Of a stretch of 64,000 nt of DNA, positions 43,492-52,710 are shown piece after piece; positions within the stretch are counted from its first letter, which is position 1; each line of letters begins with the position of its first letter. The stretch covers positions 386,278-450,277 of the forward strand of contig DAHWKL010000001.1 of assembly GCA_027343665.1 (NCBI GenBank), read 5' to 3'. This stretch comes from an archaeon (GTDB lineage Archaea > Nanobdellota > Nanobdellia > Pacearchaeales > GW2011-AR1). A program made the position numbers and the translations under genes. The notes under the pieces are model-generated. The model was not told the origin of the DNA. It saw nothing but the letters and a program-made list of their open reading frames with translations, and searched no databases.

Positions 43492-43761
43492 ATGAGTAAG
43501 AAAGTTTACGTTGGAAACTTACCTTTTAAGTACAAAGGAAAAGAATTAAGAGAACTTTTTTCCAAGTTTGGAGAAGTGGAATTTGCAACGGTTATCCTTG
43601 ACAAATTCAATAGAAATAGATCCAAGGGCTTCGGATTCGTGACATTCATCAACGACGCTGATGCTGATAAAGCAATAGCAGAGATGAATGGTAAAGAAAC
43701 TGAAGGAAGACCTTTGACTGTAAGTGAAGCAAAGCCTAGAGAAAACGAAGATAGAGAATAG
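43492..43761 (+). CDS. RRM-domain RNA-binding protein
   Basis: 89 aa with RNP2 KVYVGNL and RNP1 KGFGFVTF. A GGGAGGT SD lies upstream. Confidence 0.8.
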   Translation: MSKKVYVGNLPFKYKGKELRELFSKFGEVEFATVILDKFNRNRSKGFGFVTFINDADADKAIAEMNGKETEGRPLTVSEAKPRENEDRE

Positions 43762-43780
43762 AGGTCTTTCTCAGATAATT

Positions 43781-43915
43781 TTATTTTTTCGTTAAAATTT
43801 TTTGGTTGAACAGCATAAGAATTACTGAACCGACCAAAAAAAGCCAGTTTACGGTAAAAGCTAATGCGATGAAACCAAGTGCAAAAATTGAATTTAAAAC
43901 TACAAGTTTTTTCAT
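43781..43915 (-). CDS. Possible 44 aa two-TM micro-protein (not in the ORF track)
   Basis: MKKLVVLNSIFALGFIALAFTVNWLFLVGSVILMLFNQKILTKK, with a GAAGGA SD directly upstream. Confidence 0.25.
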   Translation of the reverse strand: MKKLVVLNSIFALGFIALAFTVNWLFLVGSVILMLFNQKILTKK

Positions 43916-43925
43916 CCTTCTTTAG

Positions 43926-44324
43926 ATGAAAGTAAATTCTTATATTTTACTAACCCTAAAAGGTTATAAATACAAAAGGTTTTTTCAAGAAATGGAAAAG
44001 AAAAAGCAAATAGAATTTCTAATTGCAGGGATGGCTGTGATCCTTTTGCTCACCCTTATAATTTTATTACTTTACTCGTCTTCGGAAACACCTCAAAGTT
44101 CTAATAACTTAAAATTTTATGAAAAAACTTCAGATTACATAGTTAGAGATGGATTTTCATACAAACAGGAAACTTCAAGAGATATCTCGATTCAGGATGG
44201 ATCTTATTCAGAAACCATTTCAAAGGTGGATTCTATCACAACACCTTATGGTGTTTATTTACAAAACCAGTTTTATCTCCAAAAAAACTTAGTCAGCTCG
44301 AATTTAAAAGTTATAATAAATTAA
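43926..44324 (+). CDS. Hypothetical membrane-anchored protein
   Basis: 132 aa with a single TM helix (IEFLIAGMAVILLLTLIILLLY). An alternative start lies at 43992 (MEKKKQ). Confidence 0.4.
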   Translation: MKVNSYILLTLKGYKYKRFFQEMEKKKQIEFLIAGMAVILLLTLIILLLYSSSETPQSSNNLKFYEKTSDYIVRDGFSYKQETSRDISIQDGSYSETISKVDSITTPYGVYLQNQFYLQKNLVSSNLKVIIN

Positions 44325-44325
44325 A

Positions 44326-44937
44326 ATGTTCTGGTGGGTTTTAATTGCGGGTTTAATTGTTGGTCTCACATCTGCATTGCCTCTTGGTCCTGCAGGAGCA
44401 TTATGCATAAAGAGAAGTCTCTCTGACAGAAGATATGGGGGATATTACACAGGATTAGGATCTTCTGTGGCTGACGGGGTATTTGCACTTGTTGCAAGTT
44501 TTGGAATAATTGCAATTTCTAATTTCTTAATCGGAAACGAGGCTCTTATAGAAAGCATAGGCGGAATATTCCTTATGGGGGTTGGATTGAAAGAATTTGC
44601 GACAAGGATAGAGATACATAACGGGAACGGCAGTAACAAAAAAGAATTCTTCTCTGGACTAACAGTCGCTTTCGCAAGCCCTTTTGTTATTTTTTCTTTT
44701 CTCGCATTATACGCTCTTCTTGGGATGGGGCAAATCTCAGGAAACTACCTGCTTTCATTCCTGCTTGCAATTTTCACTTTTTTGGGATCACTTGTAGGAG
44801 TCGCTTTTCTGAATTGGATTGTGATGATAAACAGGATGACAATAAAACAAAGCACGATAGACAGAATAAACAGGATAATAGGAGGATTTATATTCCTGAC
44901 AGGTTCATATCTCCTAATAAGAGGGTTATTATTTTAA
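44326..44937 (+). CDS. LysE/RhtB-family amino-acid exporter
   Basis: 203 aa with 6 TM helices and an N-terminal GLTSALPLGPAG motif typical of the LysE family. Confidence 0.6.
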   Translation: MFWWVLIAGLIVGLTSALPLGPAGALCIKRSLSDRRYGGYYTGLGSSVADGVFALVASFGIIAISNFLIGNEALIESIGGIFLMGVGLKEFATRIEIHNGNGSNKKEFFSGLTVAFASPFVIFSFLALYALLGMGQISGNYLLSFLLAIFTFLGSLVGVAFLNWIVMINRMTIKQSTIDRINRIIGGFIFLTGSYLLIRGLLF

Positions 44938-44969
44938 ATGAAAACGCAATAAGCTATGCTCTGTTCGTG

Positions 44970-45158
44970 ATGTTCGGATTTCTTCTCGTTGCCGGAACTT
45001 TGCTGAAACTTATTGGAGTAATAAGCATAGATTCTGACTGGTTCTGGTTCCTCACAGGGATTGCATTGACAATTGAGGGATTCATAAACATGCTTAAGCA
45101 GTGGCAGTTTGACCGAAAATATAAAATTATTCTGAGAGATGATCTAAAGGAAAATTAA
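44970..45158 (+). CDS. Possible small 2-TM membrane protein
   Basis: Only the C-terminal 62 aa of track ORF 44814-45158 is hydrophobic and does not overlap the LysE gene. The start is uncertain. Confidence 0.25.
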   Translation: MFGFLLVAGTLLKLIGVISIDSDWFWFLTGIALTIEGFINMLKQWQFDRKYKIILRDDLKEN

Positions 45159-47104
45159 TTTTTCTTTTCAATTCTTTCCTGGAGGTTTTTTATTCTGTTT
45201 CTTAATCTTATCGCATTTTCAAAATCAAGTTTTTCAGCAGCTATTTTCATCTCTTTGTCAAGTTCAATTATTAAATTCGGGATATCTTTCTTGGGAATAT
45301 GTTTTGTATCCGTGACCTCTACTTCTTTTTCTTTTATTGGCTTTATAATCGTCTTGGGGGTAATGTTGTTCTCCCTGTTAAACTTCATCTGCAAATCCCT
45401 CCTCCTTCTTGTCTCGTCAACTGCAATCTGTATTGATTCAGTTATTTCGTCAGCATACAGAATCACTTTGGACTCTGAATTCCTCGCTGCACGTCCGATT
45501 GTCTGGATGAGGGATTTATCATTTCTCAAAAATCCTTCTTTATCTGCATCAAGAATTCCAACAAAACCCACTTCAGGAATATCCAGACCTTCTCTCAAAA
45601 GATTTATTCCCACAAGAACATCAAATTCCCCTAAACGAAGTTCACGGATTATTTCTGTCCTTTCGAGTGTATCTATCTCTGAATGCAGATATCTCGCTTT
45701 TATCCCCTGCTCCGCTAAATAGTTAGTAAGCTCCTCTGCAAGTTTTTTTGTCAGAGTCGTTACAAGAGCTCTATTTCCTTTTTTTACAACTTTTTGAATT
45801 TCGTTTGTAACATCTTTCACTTGAGTTTTTCCTTCTCTTATCTCCACTTCTGGGTCCAAAAGTCCAGTTGGCCTGATTATCTGTTCTACAATTTTTGAGG
45901 AATGCTCCTTCTCATAAAAGGCGGGTGTTGCGGAAACAAAGATGGTCTTATTTTCTCTGAAGTATCCCTCAAACTCTTCAAATTTTAAGGGGCGATTATC
46001 ATAAGCACTTTCTAATCTAAATCCATAATCAATAAGATTTTTCTTTCTTGAAAGGTCTCCCTTATACATTCCATGAAGCTGGGGTATTGTCTGATGGCTC
46101 TCATCTATTACAATAAGAAATTCTCCTCTGAAGTAATCAAGAAGACAATATGGCTTCTCACCCGGAGATCTGTGATCAAAATGCCGTGAATAATTCTCTA
46201 TACCTTTGCAATATCCGGTTTCTTTCATCATCTCAATATCATACATAGTCCTCTGTTTCAATCTGTGAGCCTCAAGCTGTCCTAGTTTTGGGAGATTTTT
46301 GCCAAGCTCTTCAAGTATTGATTTCTCGACATCCTCAAATTCGTCATCAGGAACAACAAAATGTCTTGCCGGATAAACAGTAAAATGCTCCCAATTCTGA
46401 ACCCTCACGCCAGACATCCTGTCAAGCTCGATAATCCTTTCTATTGTTCCGTCGAGAATCTCAATTCTTATAATATTATCAAAATCCGCAGGAATCAAAT
46501 CTATGGTGTCTCCTTTCACTCTGAAACGTCCCCATTCAAGCTCAAGATCATTCCTCTCATACTGAGAATCAAGAAGCTTCTTTAAAAGTTCCTTCCTCTC
46601 AATCTTCTCACCTTTTTCCACGGAAAATCTGAAACCAAGATAATTTTCTGGATTTCCGAGTCCGTAGATACATGAGACCGATGCGACGACAATTGTGTCG
46701 CTTCTCGCAAGAATTGAAGAGGTCGCAGCAAGCCTCATCTGATCAAGACGCGAATTTATCGCGGCATCTTTCTCTATATACTGATCTGTAGTCGGAATAT
46801 AAGACTCTGGCTGATAATAATCATAATAAGAGACAAAATATTCGACTTTGTTTTTTGGGAAAAGCATTTTCAGCTCTTCATAAAGCTGTGCAGCAAGAGT
46901 CTTGTTGTGAGCAATCACCAATGTTGGCATCTGAACTTTCTCAATCACATTTGCTATCGTAAAAGTCTTTCCTGAACCTGTCACTCCCAGAAGAGTCTGC
47001 ATCTTTGCTCCGTGCTTTATCCCTTCCGACAATTCTTTTATCGCCTCAGGCTGTGAGCCTGCCGGCTTGTTCCCAGATACAATTTCGAATTTTCTTATTT
47101 CCAT
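45155..47104 (-). CDS. uvrB: Excinuclease ABC subunit B
   Basis: 649 aa with GVTGSGKTFT Walker A, the helicase motifs and a C-terminal UVR coiled coil. Confidence 0.9.
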   Translation of the reverse strand: MEIRKFEIVSGNKPAGSQPEAIKELSEGIKHGAKMQTLLGVTGSGKTFTIANVIEKVQMPTLVIAHNKTLAAQLYEELKMLFPKNKVEYFVSYYDYYQPESYIPTTDQYIEKDAAINSRLDQMRLAATSSILARSDTIVVASVSCIYGLGNPENYLGFRFSVEKGEKIERKELLKKLLDSQYERNDLELEWGRFRVKGDTIDLIPADFDNIIRIEILDGTIERIIELDRMSGVRVQNWEHFTVYPARHFVVPDDEFEDVEKSILEELGKNLPKLGQLEAHRLKQRTMYDIEMMKETGYCKGIENYSRHFDHRSPGEKPYCLLDYFRGEFLIVIDESHQTIPQLHGMYKGDLSRKKNLIDYGFRLESAYDNRPLKFEEFEGYFRENKTIFVSATPAFYEKEHSSKIVEQIIRPTGLLDPEVEIREGKTQVKDVTNEIQKVVKKGNRALVTTLTKKLAEELTNYLAEQGIKARYLHSEIDTLERTEIIRELRLGEFDVLVGINLLREGLDIPEVGFVGILDADKEGFLRNDKSLIQTIGRAARNSESKVILYADEITESIQIAVDETRRRRDLQMKFNRENNITPKTIIKPIKEKEVEVTDTKHIPKKDIPNLIIELDKEMKIAAEKLDFENAIRLRNRIKNLQERIEKKN

Positions 47105-47145
47105 GAAAAATCTAAAAGAGAAGGGATTAAAAGATTTATGGGCAT

Positions 47146-48723
47146 TTAATCTTTCTCAAAAAACTTTTTGCTTCTTCTCAGCCTTTGAAAAGTTATCACA
47201 AACCTATGAGCTTCATCACGAATCTCACGAAGAAATAAAAGTCCCTTATTCTTATCATCAAATCTCAAAGGAGCAGAATTTCCCGGCAGATAGACTTCTT
47301 CAAGCTTTTTAGCCAAAGAGATTATTGGAATTTTAACTCCAATCTCTTCAAGAGCCTTTATAGAAGAATTCAGTTGCCCAATGCCCCCGTCAATAACAAC
47401 CAAATCCGGCATAGGTTCACTTTGTATTTTCAGACGGTAATATCTCCTCTTCACAACTTCATTCATGGCTCTGAAATCATCATTGCCTGAAAAGGACCTA
47501 ATCTTGAATTTTCGATAATTTGACTTATCGGGCTTACCATTCCTGAACTGGACCATAGAAGCAACAACTTCGGTTCCGGATAGATGTGAGATATCAAAAC
47601 ATTCGATGACATAAGGGAGGGACGGAAGAGAGAGGATTTTTTGAAGAGCTTCGACTTTGTTAAGGTTCCCAAAAAATTGTATTTCAACATTTTTTTTAAC
47701 TAGTTCGAGAAGTGAACGAAGCTCACCTTTTCGAGGGATAATAAATTCAACCAAGGAACCCTTCTTTGATGAAAGAAATTCAGCAAGTGAACCTGAAACT
47801 TTTTCTGGTATTATGATCTTTTTTGGGATTGGATTTTCGTCATAATATCTTGGAATGAACTCCTCCAAAAAATCTTTCTTATAATCGAACTCAAAAGATT
47901 GTTTATTTTCTAATATACCATGATGAACATTGAAAAGAATTAAATATACCTTGCCTGACCGAACCATAAAATTAAGGATATCCTCGTCATATTTCTTGCT
48001 CCTTTCCACTGTCTGTTTTTCTTCAAGAGATTCAAGAGAGGAAATTTCCTCACGTAACTGAAGCGCTTTCTCATAATCTTCTTTCTCTGAATATCTTTCC
48101 ATTAATTCCCTGAGTTTCGGGAGAAGCTCTGAAGTTTTCCCCCTCAGGACCATACGCACTTTTTTCACATTTTCTTCATAATCCTCTTTTGAAATTTTTC
48201 CTATACACGGTGCTGAACAAAGACCTAAATCATAACGAATACATTTTTTCTTAGGAAGTTTTCTGCATGTTCTTAGTTTGAAAGACCTGTTCAATGTTGA
48301 CAAAAGATAATCTCTTGTTTTTCCGGAAGTGAAAGGACCGAAGGTCTCGTGTTCATTTTTCTCTGCTTTGATCCTCTCACTCCGAGAAGAGATAATACGT
48401 GGAAAAGGCTCGCTTGTCAATTCAATTATTGAATAGGATTTGGAATCTTTTAGATTAATGTTGTATTTAGGGAAATATTTTTTGATCAAATTATTCTCAA
48501 GAAGAAAAGCTTCCACTTCAGAGTTTGTGATTATAAAATCTATATCATGAATGTTTCTCACAAGAGCTGCGGTCTTGGGATCATGATCTTTCTTCATGAA
48601 ATAAGATGAAACTCTTTTTTTGAGGCTTTTCGCTTTACCTATATAAATTACTTTTCCGCTCCGGTCTTTGTAAAGATAACATCCTGGACTTATTGGCAGG
48701 CTTGAAATTTCTGAAGGATCCAT
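47146..48723 (-). CDS. uvrC: Excinuclease ABC subunit C
   Basis: 525 aa with the N-terminal GIY-YIG (GCYLYKDRSGKVIYIGKA), a UVR domain and the C-terminal endonuclease region. Confidence 0.85.
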   Translation of the reverse strand: MDPSEISSLPISPGCYLYKDRSGKVIYIGKAKSLKKRVSSYFMKKDHDPKTAALVRNIHDIDFIITNSEVEAFLLENNLIKKYFPKYNINLKDSKSYSIIELTSEPFPRIISSRSERIKAEKNEHETFGPFTSGKTRDYLLSTLNRSFKLRTCRKLPKKKCIRYDLGLCSAPCIGKISKEDYEENVKKVRMVLRGKTSELLPKLRELMERYSEKEDYEKALQLREEISSLESLEEKQTVERSKKYDEDILNFMVRSGKVYLILFNVHHGILENKQSFEFDYKKDFLEEFIPRYYDENPIPKKIIIPEKVSGSLAEFLSSKKGSLVEFIIPRKGELRSLLELVKKNVEIQFFGNLNKVEALQKILSLPSLPYVIECFDISHLSGTEVVASMVQFRNGKPDKSNYRKFKIRSFSGNDDFRAMNEVVKRRYYRLKIQSEPMPDLVVIDGGIGQLNSSIKALEEIGVKIPIISLAKKLEEVYLPGNSAPLRFDDKNKGLLFLREIRDEAHRFVITFQRLRRSKKFFEKD

Positions 48724-48753
48724 AAGGATGCAAAAGGGAATTAAATTATAAAT

Positions 48754-51564
48754 TTAGTGATTTCCCTTATTCAAAACTTCTTTCAAATATTTCCCTGTCC
48801 AGGATTTTTCATATTTCGAGATTTCCTCCGGTGTCCCTGTGACAACTACTCTGCCACCATCATCTCCACCTTCAGGACCCAAATCTATTATATGATCTGC
48901 ACATTTTATCACATCCAGATTATGTTCAATGATCACCATAGTGTTTCCTTTGTCAACAAGCTCCTGAATGACCTCTATTAATTTTTTTACATCATGAAAA
49001 TGTAGCCCTGTTGTTGGTTCATCAAGAATATAAAGAGTTTTTCCTGACGTTCTTTTTCCAAGCTCTTTTGTTAGTTTTATTCTCTGACTTTCACCGCCAG
49101 AAAGAGTGACTGAACTTTGGCCGAGTTTTATATATCCCAACCCCACTTTTACAAGAGTCTCAAGTTTTCTTCTTATGGAAGGAAGAAATTGAAAAAGCTC
49201 AAGTCCTTCTTCGGCAGACATGTCAAGCACATCTGCAATTGATTTATCTTTATACTTGACCTCAAGGGTTTCTCGATTGTACCTTTTTCCATGACATTCC
49301 TCACATTCAATGTAAACATCCGGGAGAAAGTTCATCTCTATCTTTATGGTTCCATCCCCTTTACATTTTTCACATCTTCCGCCCCTGACATTAAAAGAGA
49401 ATCTTCCTATCTTATAACCCCTCAATTTTGCCTCCTTTGTCTGAGCGAAAATTTCTCTTATCTCATCAAAAACCTTTATGTAAGTTGCAGGATTGCTCCT
49501 TGGAGTTTTTCCTATTGGAGACTGATCTATTATCAAAACTTTATCTAAAAAAGCATCCAGATAGATTCCTTTATGTTTTCCGGGAACATCTTTTGACGAG
49601 TCAAAAATCTTAGATAATCCCTTGTAAAGAATTTCATTTACTAATGTAGACTTTCCAGAACCCGAAACTCCTGTAATAAGATTCAAACACTGTGTTGGAA
49701 TATCAACATCTATGTTTTTTAGGTTATGCTCCTGAGCTCCTTTTATCTTTATCAATGGGCCAGGGGATCTCCTTGTTTTAGGAACAGGGATCTCCTCTTT
49801 TCCAGACAGATATTGGCCTGTTAATGAGTTTTTGTTTAATTCCACTTCTTTAGGAGAACCCTGAGCAATAATTTTTCCACCATGAACTCCTGCCCCGGGT
49901 CCAATATCAACGACGTAATCTGCCCCCTTTATAGTATCTTCGTCATGCTCAACGACAACAAGAGTATTTCCTAAATCTCTCAACTTGTATAAAGTCTCGA
50001 TCAGTTTATGGTTATCCCTCTGATGAAGCCCAATTGAAGGTTCATCCAAAACATAAAGAACCCCCGTTAAGTTCGAACCGATCTGGGTTGCAAGCCTTAT
50101 CCTTTGTGCTTCTCCTCCCGAGAGGGTTCCTGCACTTCTTGATAAAGTAAGATAACTTAAACCAACATTCTCAAGAAAATCAAGCCTTGACCTTATCTCT
50201 TTTAATATTTGCCTTGCAATAAACTCTTTTTTCTCTGAAAGAGCTAAATGATTGAAAAAAATAATTGCATCTTTAATCGAAAGGTCAGTAACATCAATAA
50301 TCGATTTTCCTCCGATTTTAACAGATAAAACTTTCTCTTTGAGCCTTTTTCCATGACAACTCGGGCAAATAGATGAACTCATGAATTTTTCAAGCTCTTT
50401 TTTCCTATATTCTGATTGCGTTTCCTTAAACAGCCTCTCGGACTGAGGAATTAATCCTTCCCAACCATTTTCAAAGTGCATATCTGCACCTCCTTCCCAC
50501 TTGCCTTTTATCTTTTTAGCAGATCCATAAAGTAAGGTATCAAGCTGTTTTTTTGTGAAATCTTTTATTGGAGTGAACAAATCAAAGCCAAAGTTTTTTC
50601 CGACAACTGCAATTTGCTGCTGCCTCCATGAACTCTCCATCCTTCCATAAACTTTTATAGCCCCGTCAATTATTGATTTTGATTTATCCGGAATTATCAA
50701 ATTTGAATCGAATTCTATTTTGACACCTAAACCATGACATTCTTCACAAGCTCCAAAAGGGGAATTAAATGAAAACATCCTTGGCTGAAGTTCCTCAAAA
50801 GAAAGTCCGCATTTTGGACATGCAAGATTACTTGAAAAGGTTTTTTCAGATTTATTTCCATTGTCAACAATGACAAGTCCGCCAGAAGTCTCAAGTGCAC
50901 TTTCGACAGCTTCATTAAGGCGGGAAAAATCTTCAACAGGGACCTTACCTATGAAAAGATCTATATCATGCATCTTGTATCTTTCAAGGTTCACTTTATC
51001 GTCTGTTCTTATAATATTCCCATCGACACGAATTTTAGAGTATCCTTCCTTATTATAATCTGAGATCAGTTTTTCATAGGTTCCTTTTTTTTGTCTTACA
51101 ATTGGAGAAAAAATTACAACTTCTCCTTTAAACTCAGTTTTTATTCTTTTTGAGATTTCTTCAGGAGTTTGAGATATAATTGGTTCATTATGAGTCGGAC
51201 AATATGGGACTCCGATTCTTGCGTATAAAAGCCTCAAATAGTCATAGATTTCAGTCACAGTTCCAACAGTCGAGCGGGGATTTTTAGAAGTTGTTTTCTG
51301 CTCTATTGAAATTGCGGGGCTTAAACCTTCGATGGAATCTACATCAGGCTTATCCATAACCCCAAGAAATTGCCTTGCATAAGAAGAAAGAGATTCAACA
51401 TACCTTCTTTGCCCTTCTGCATAAAGGGTATCAAAAGCAAGAGTCGATTTTCCAGATCCTGAAAGACCCGTGAAAACTATCAGTTTATCCTTGGGAATTG
51501 TCAGATTCAAATTTTTTAGGTTATGCTCCCTCGCACCTTTTATTATTATTTCTTTCATCTTCAT
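48754..51564 (-). CDS. uvrA: Excinuclease ABC subunit A
   Basis: MKMKEIIIKGAREHNLKN start (trimmed from the upstream ATG at 51627), two ABC ATPase modules (GLSGSGKST, GVSGSGKST) and zinc-finger cysteines. Confidence 0.9.
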   Translation of the reverse strand: MKMKEIIIKGAREHNLKNLNLTIPKDKLIVFTGLSGSGKSTLAFDTLYAEGQRRYVESLSSYARQFLGVMDKPDVDSIEGLSPAISIEQKTTSKNPRSTVGTVTEIYDYLRLLYARIGVPYCPTHNEPIISQTPEEISKRIKTEFKGEVVIFSPIVRQKKGTYEKLISDYNKEGYSKIRVDGNIIRTDDKVNLERYKMHDIDLFIGKVPVEDFSRLNEAVESALETSGGLVIVDNGNKSEKTFSSNLACPKCGLSFEELQPRMFSFNSPFGACEECHGLGVKIEFDSNLIIPDKSKSIIDGAIKVYGRMESSWRQQQIAVVGKNFGFDLFTPIKDFTKKQLDTLLYGSAKKIKGKWEGGADMHFENGWEGLIPQSERLFKETQSEYRKKELEKFMSSSICPSCHGKRLKEKVLSVKIGGKSIIDVTDLSIKDAIIFFNHLALSEKKEFIARQILKEIRSRLDFLENVGLSYLTLSRSAGTLSGGEAQRIRLATQIGSNLTGVLYVLDEPSIGLHQRDNHKLIETLYKLRDLGNTLVVVEHDEDTIKGADYVVDIGPGAGVHGGKIIAQGSPKEVELNKNSLTGQYLSGKEEIPVPKTRRSPGPLIKIKGAQEHNLKNIDVDIPTQCLNLITGVSGSGKSTLVNEILYKGLSKIFDSSKDVPGKHKGIYLDAFLDKVLIIDQSPIGKTPRSNPATYIKVFDEIREIFAQTKEAKLRGYKIGRFSFNVRGGRCEKCKGDGTIKIEMNFLPDVYIECEECHGKRYNRETLEVKYKDKSIADVLDMSAEEGLELFQFLPSIRRKLETLVKVGLGYIKLGQSSVTLSGGESQRIKLTKELGKRTSGKTLYILDEPTTGLHFHDVKKLIEVIQELVDKGNTMVIIEHNLDVIKCADHIIDLGPEGGDDGGRVVVTGTPEEISKYEKSWTGKYLKEVLNKGNH

Positions 51565-52140
51565 CCAAAACAGACTCAAGATTTTATAAAGGTCATGGAT
51601 AAAATATTGGATTTTAAAAAAGATCATTTAAGCGAAAGAATGAAATTTTTTCTGAAGTTATTCGGTGTGGAGAATATAATCCTTTTGAGAGAGTAAAAGA
51701 AAATTTTCTAGATTTTTTTCACTAAGGTTCCTTAAATAAAGAAAAATTTCAAAATATAACTCTCACTTTTGTCTTTTTTACCTTGAAATTTTCAACTTTC
51801 AAAAAGTTATACAAAAGAGTTTTGAGTTGGCAAGATAAGTACAATATAACCGATTGAAGGGCGGTTTTCCCTAGTTCGCATAATATATCTTGTACGAACT
51901 ATTGCGAATGAAGCCCTTTTTTAACTGATTTTTGGGGATATTTCACAATTTTTTGGATGAAAAAGCATTATCATTTAAGAAAAAACCACCTTGATCTTCT
52001 TTTGAAAAAACTCTTAAGATTAAGAAAAGAATCTTGCATTTAGGCTCCTTAATTAAATATTGGATTATAAGAACTTTTTGTTTATAAGATTAGAGAGTTT
52101 TAAAAATAATGAAAATTAAAGTCCAAAGAAAAGGGTCTTT

Positions 52141-52313
52141 TTTAGATTATGCGAATTAATCTAAAGTAAAATATTGAAAATTAAGATCCAAACAAAATAA
52201 TCTAACTTCAAAGGTTAGATTATGCGAATTATTTTAGAATTATTTTATTTATTCTCCAAATAAAATATTTAAGATATCTAAGAGAAACTTTCTTTTTTAG
52301 ATTATACGAATTA
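52141..52313. repeat. Three copies of TTTAGATTAT(G/A)CGAATTA with associated TAATCTA(AC) inverted arms
   Basis: 52141-52165 reads TTTAGATTA-TGCGAAT-TAATCTAAA (9-bp arms). 52198-52231 reads TAATCTAAC-TTCAAAG-GTTAGATTA-TGCGAATTA. 52296-52313 reads TTTAGATTATACGAATTA. Confidence 0.6.
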
Positions 52314-52528
52314 TTTGCAAAGAAGATTAGAATTAAATTCTTTGCATCACTTCTCTTTTCATAAACTTCTTTTTCAGATAAAAGATTTTCACTAAGGATA
52401 CCTAAGTAAAAGTTAACATTTTGGTGGAGAAAGATCATCAAAGAAGAGCGGGAAAATCAAAAATAAGGGCTTCTTAAGGGGATTTCAGCAAGGAGAATAT
52501 TAAAAAAAGAGATAAATTCATTCTATCT

Positions 52529-52568
52529 GTTTAAAGGTGTTTAAAGGTGTTTAAGTGTGTTTTAAACG
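52529..52568. repeat. Four tandem 10-bp units GTTTAAAGGT/GTTTAAAGGT/GTTTAAGTGT/GTTTTAAACG
   Basis: Read directly from the sequence, about 145 nt upstream of the 52711 ATG. The period is one helical turn. Confidence 0.6.
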
Positions 52569-52710
52569 GCTGTTCTTACAAAATTTTGGTATTTAGATAT
52601 AATTAAGTAAAGGTTATATCTTGAAAAGAGAGAAAGACAAAAGGCAAAAAATAGCAGATTTTTTCGACGAAAAAGAAAAAGTTTTTAAAGAAAAATGATT
52701 TCAAATCTCC

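Noticed and set aside
44814-44969. N-terminal half of track ORF 44814-45158.
   Set aside because: It overlaps the 3' end of the LysE gene in another frame and translates to charged low-complexity sequence. Only the C-terminal hydrophobic part is kept, at low confidence.
51853-51926. Possible C/D-box sRNA (ATTGAAG ... AATGAAG ... CTGA).
   Set aside because: The box sequences deviate from RUGAUGA at key positions, no D'/C' pair is evident, and the spacing of about 75 nt is atypical. It is kept only as a hairpin+T-run element in the repeat-region finding.
52141-52165. TTTAGATTA-N7-TAATCTAAA palindrome as the chromosomal dif (XerA) site.
   Set aside because: It is present in several copies and lies about 3.5 kb from the predicted origin. 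A dif site is expected to be single and, in many genomes, distant from the origin.
52229-52441. 70 aa minus-strand ORF inside the 1.1 kb repeat region.
   Set aside because: The translation is Ile/Leu/Asn/Lys-rich and AT-driven. It has no SD and spans repeat copies.
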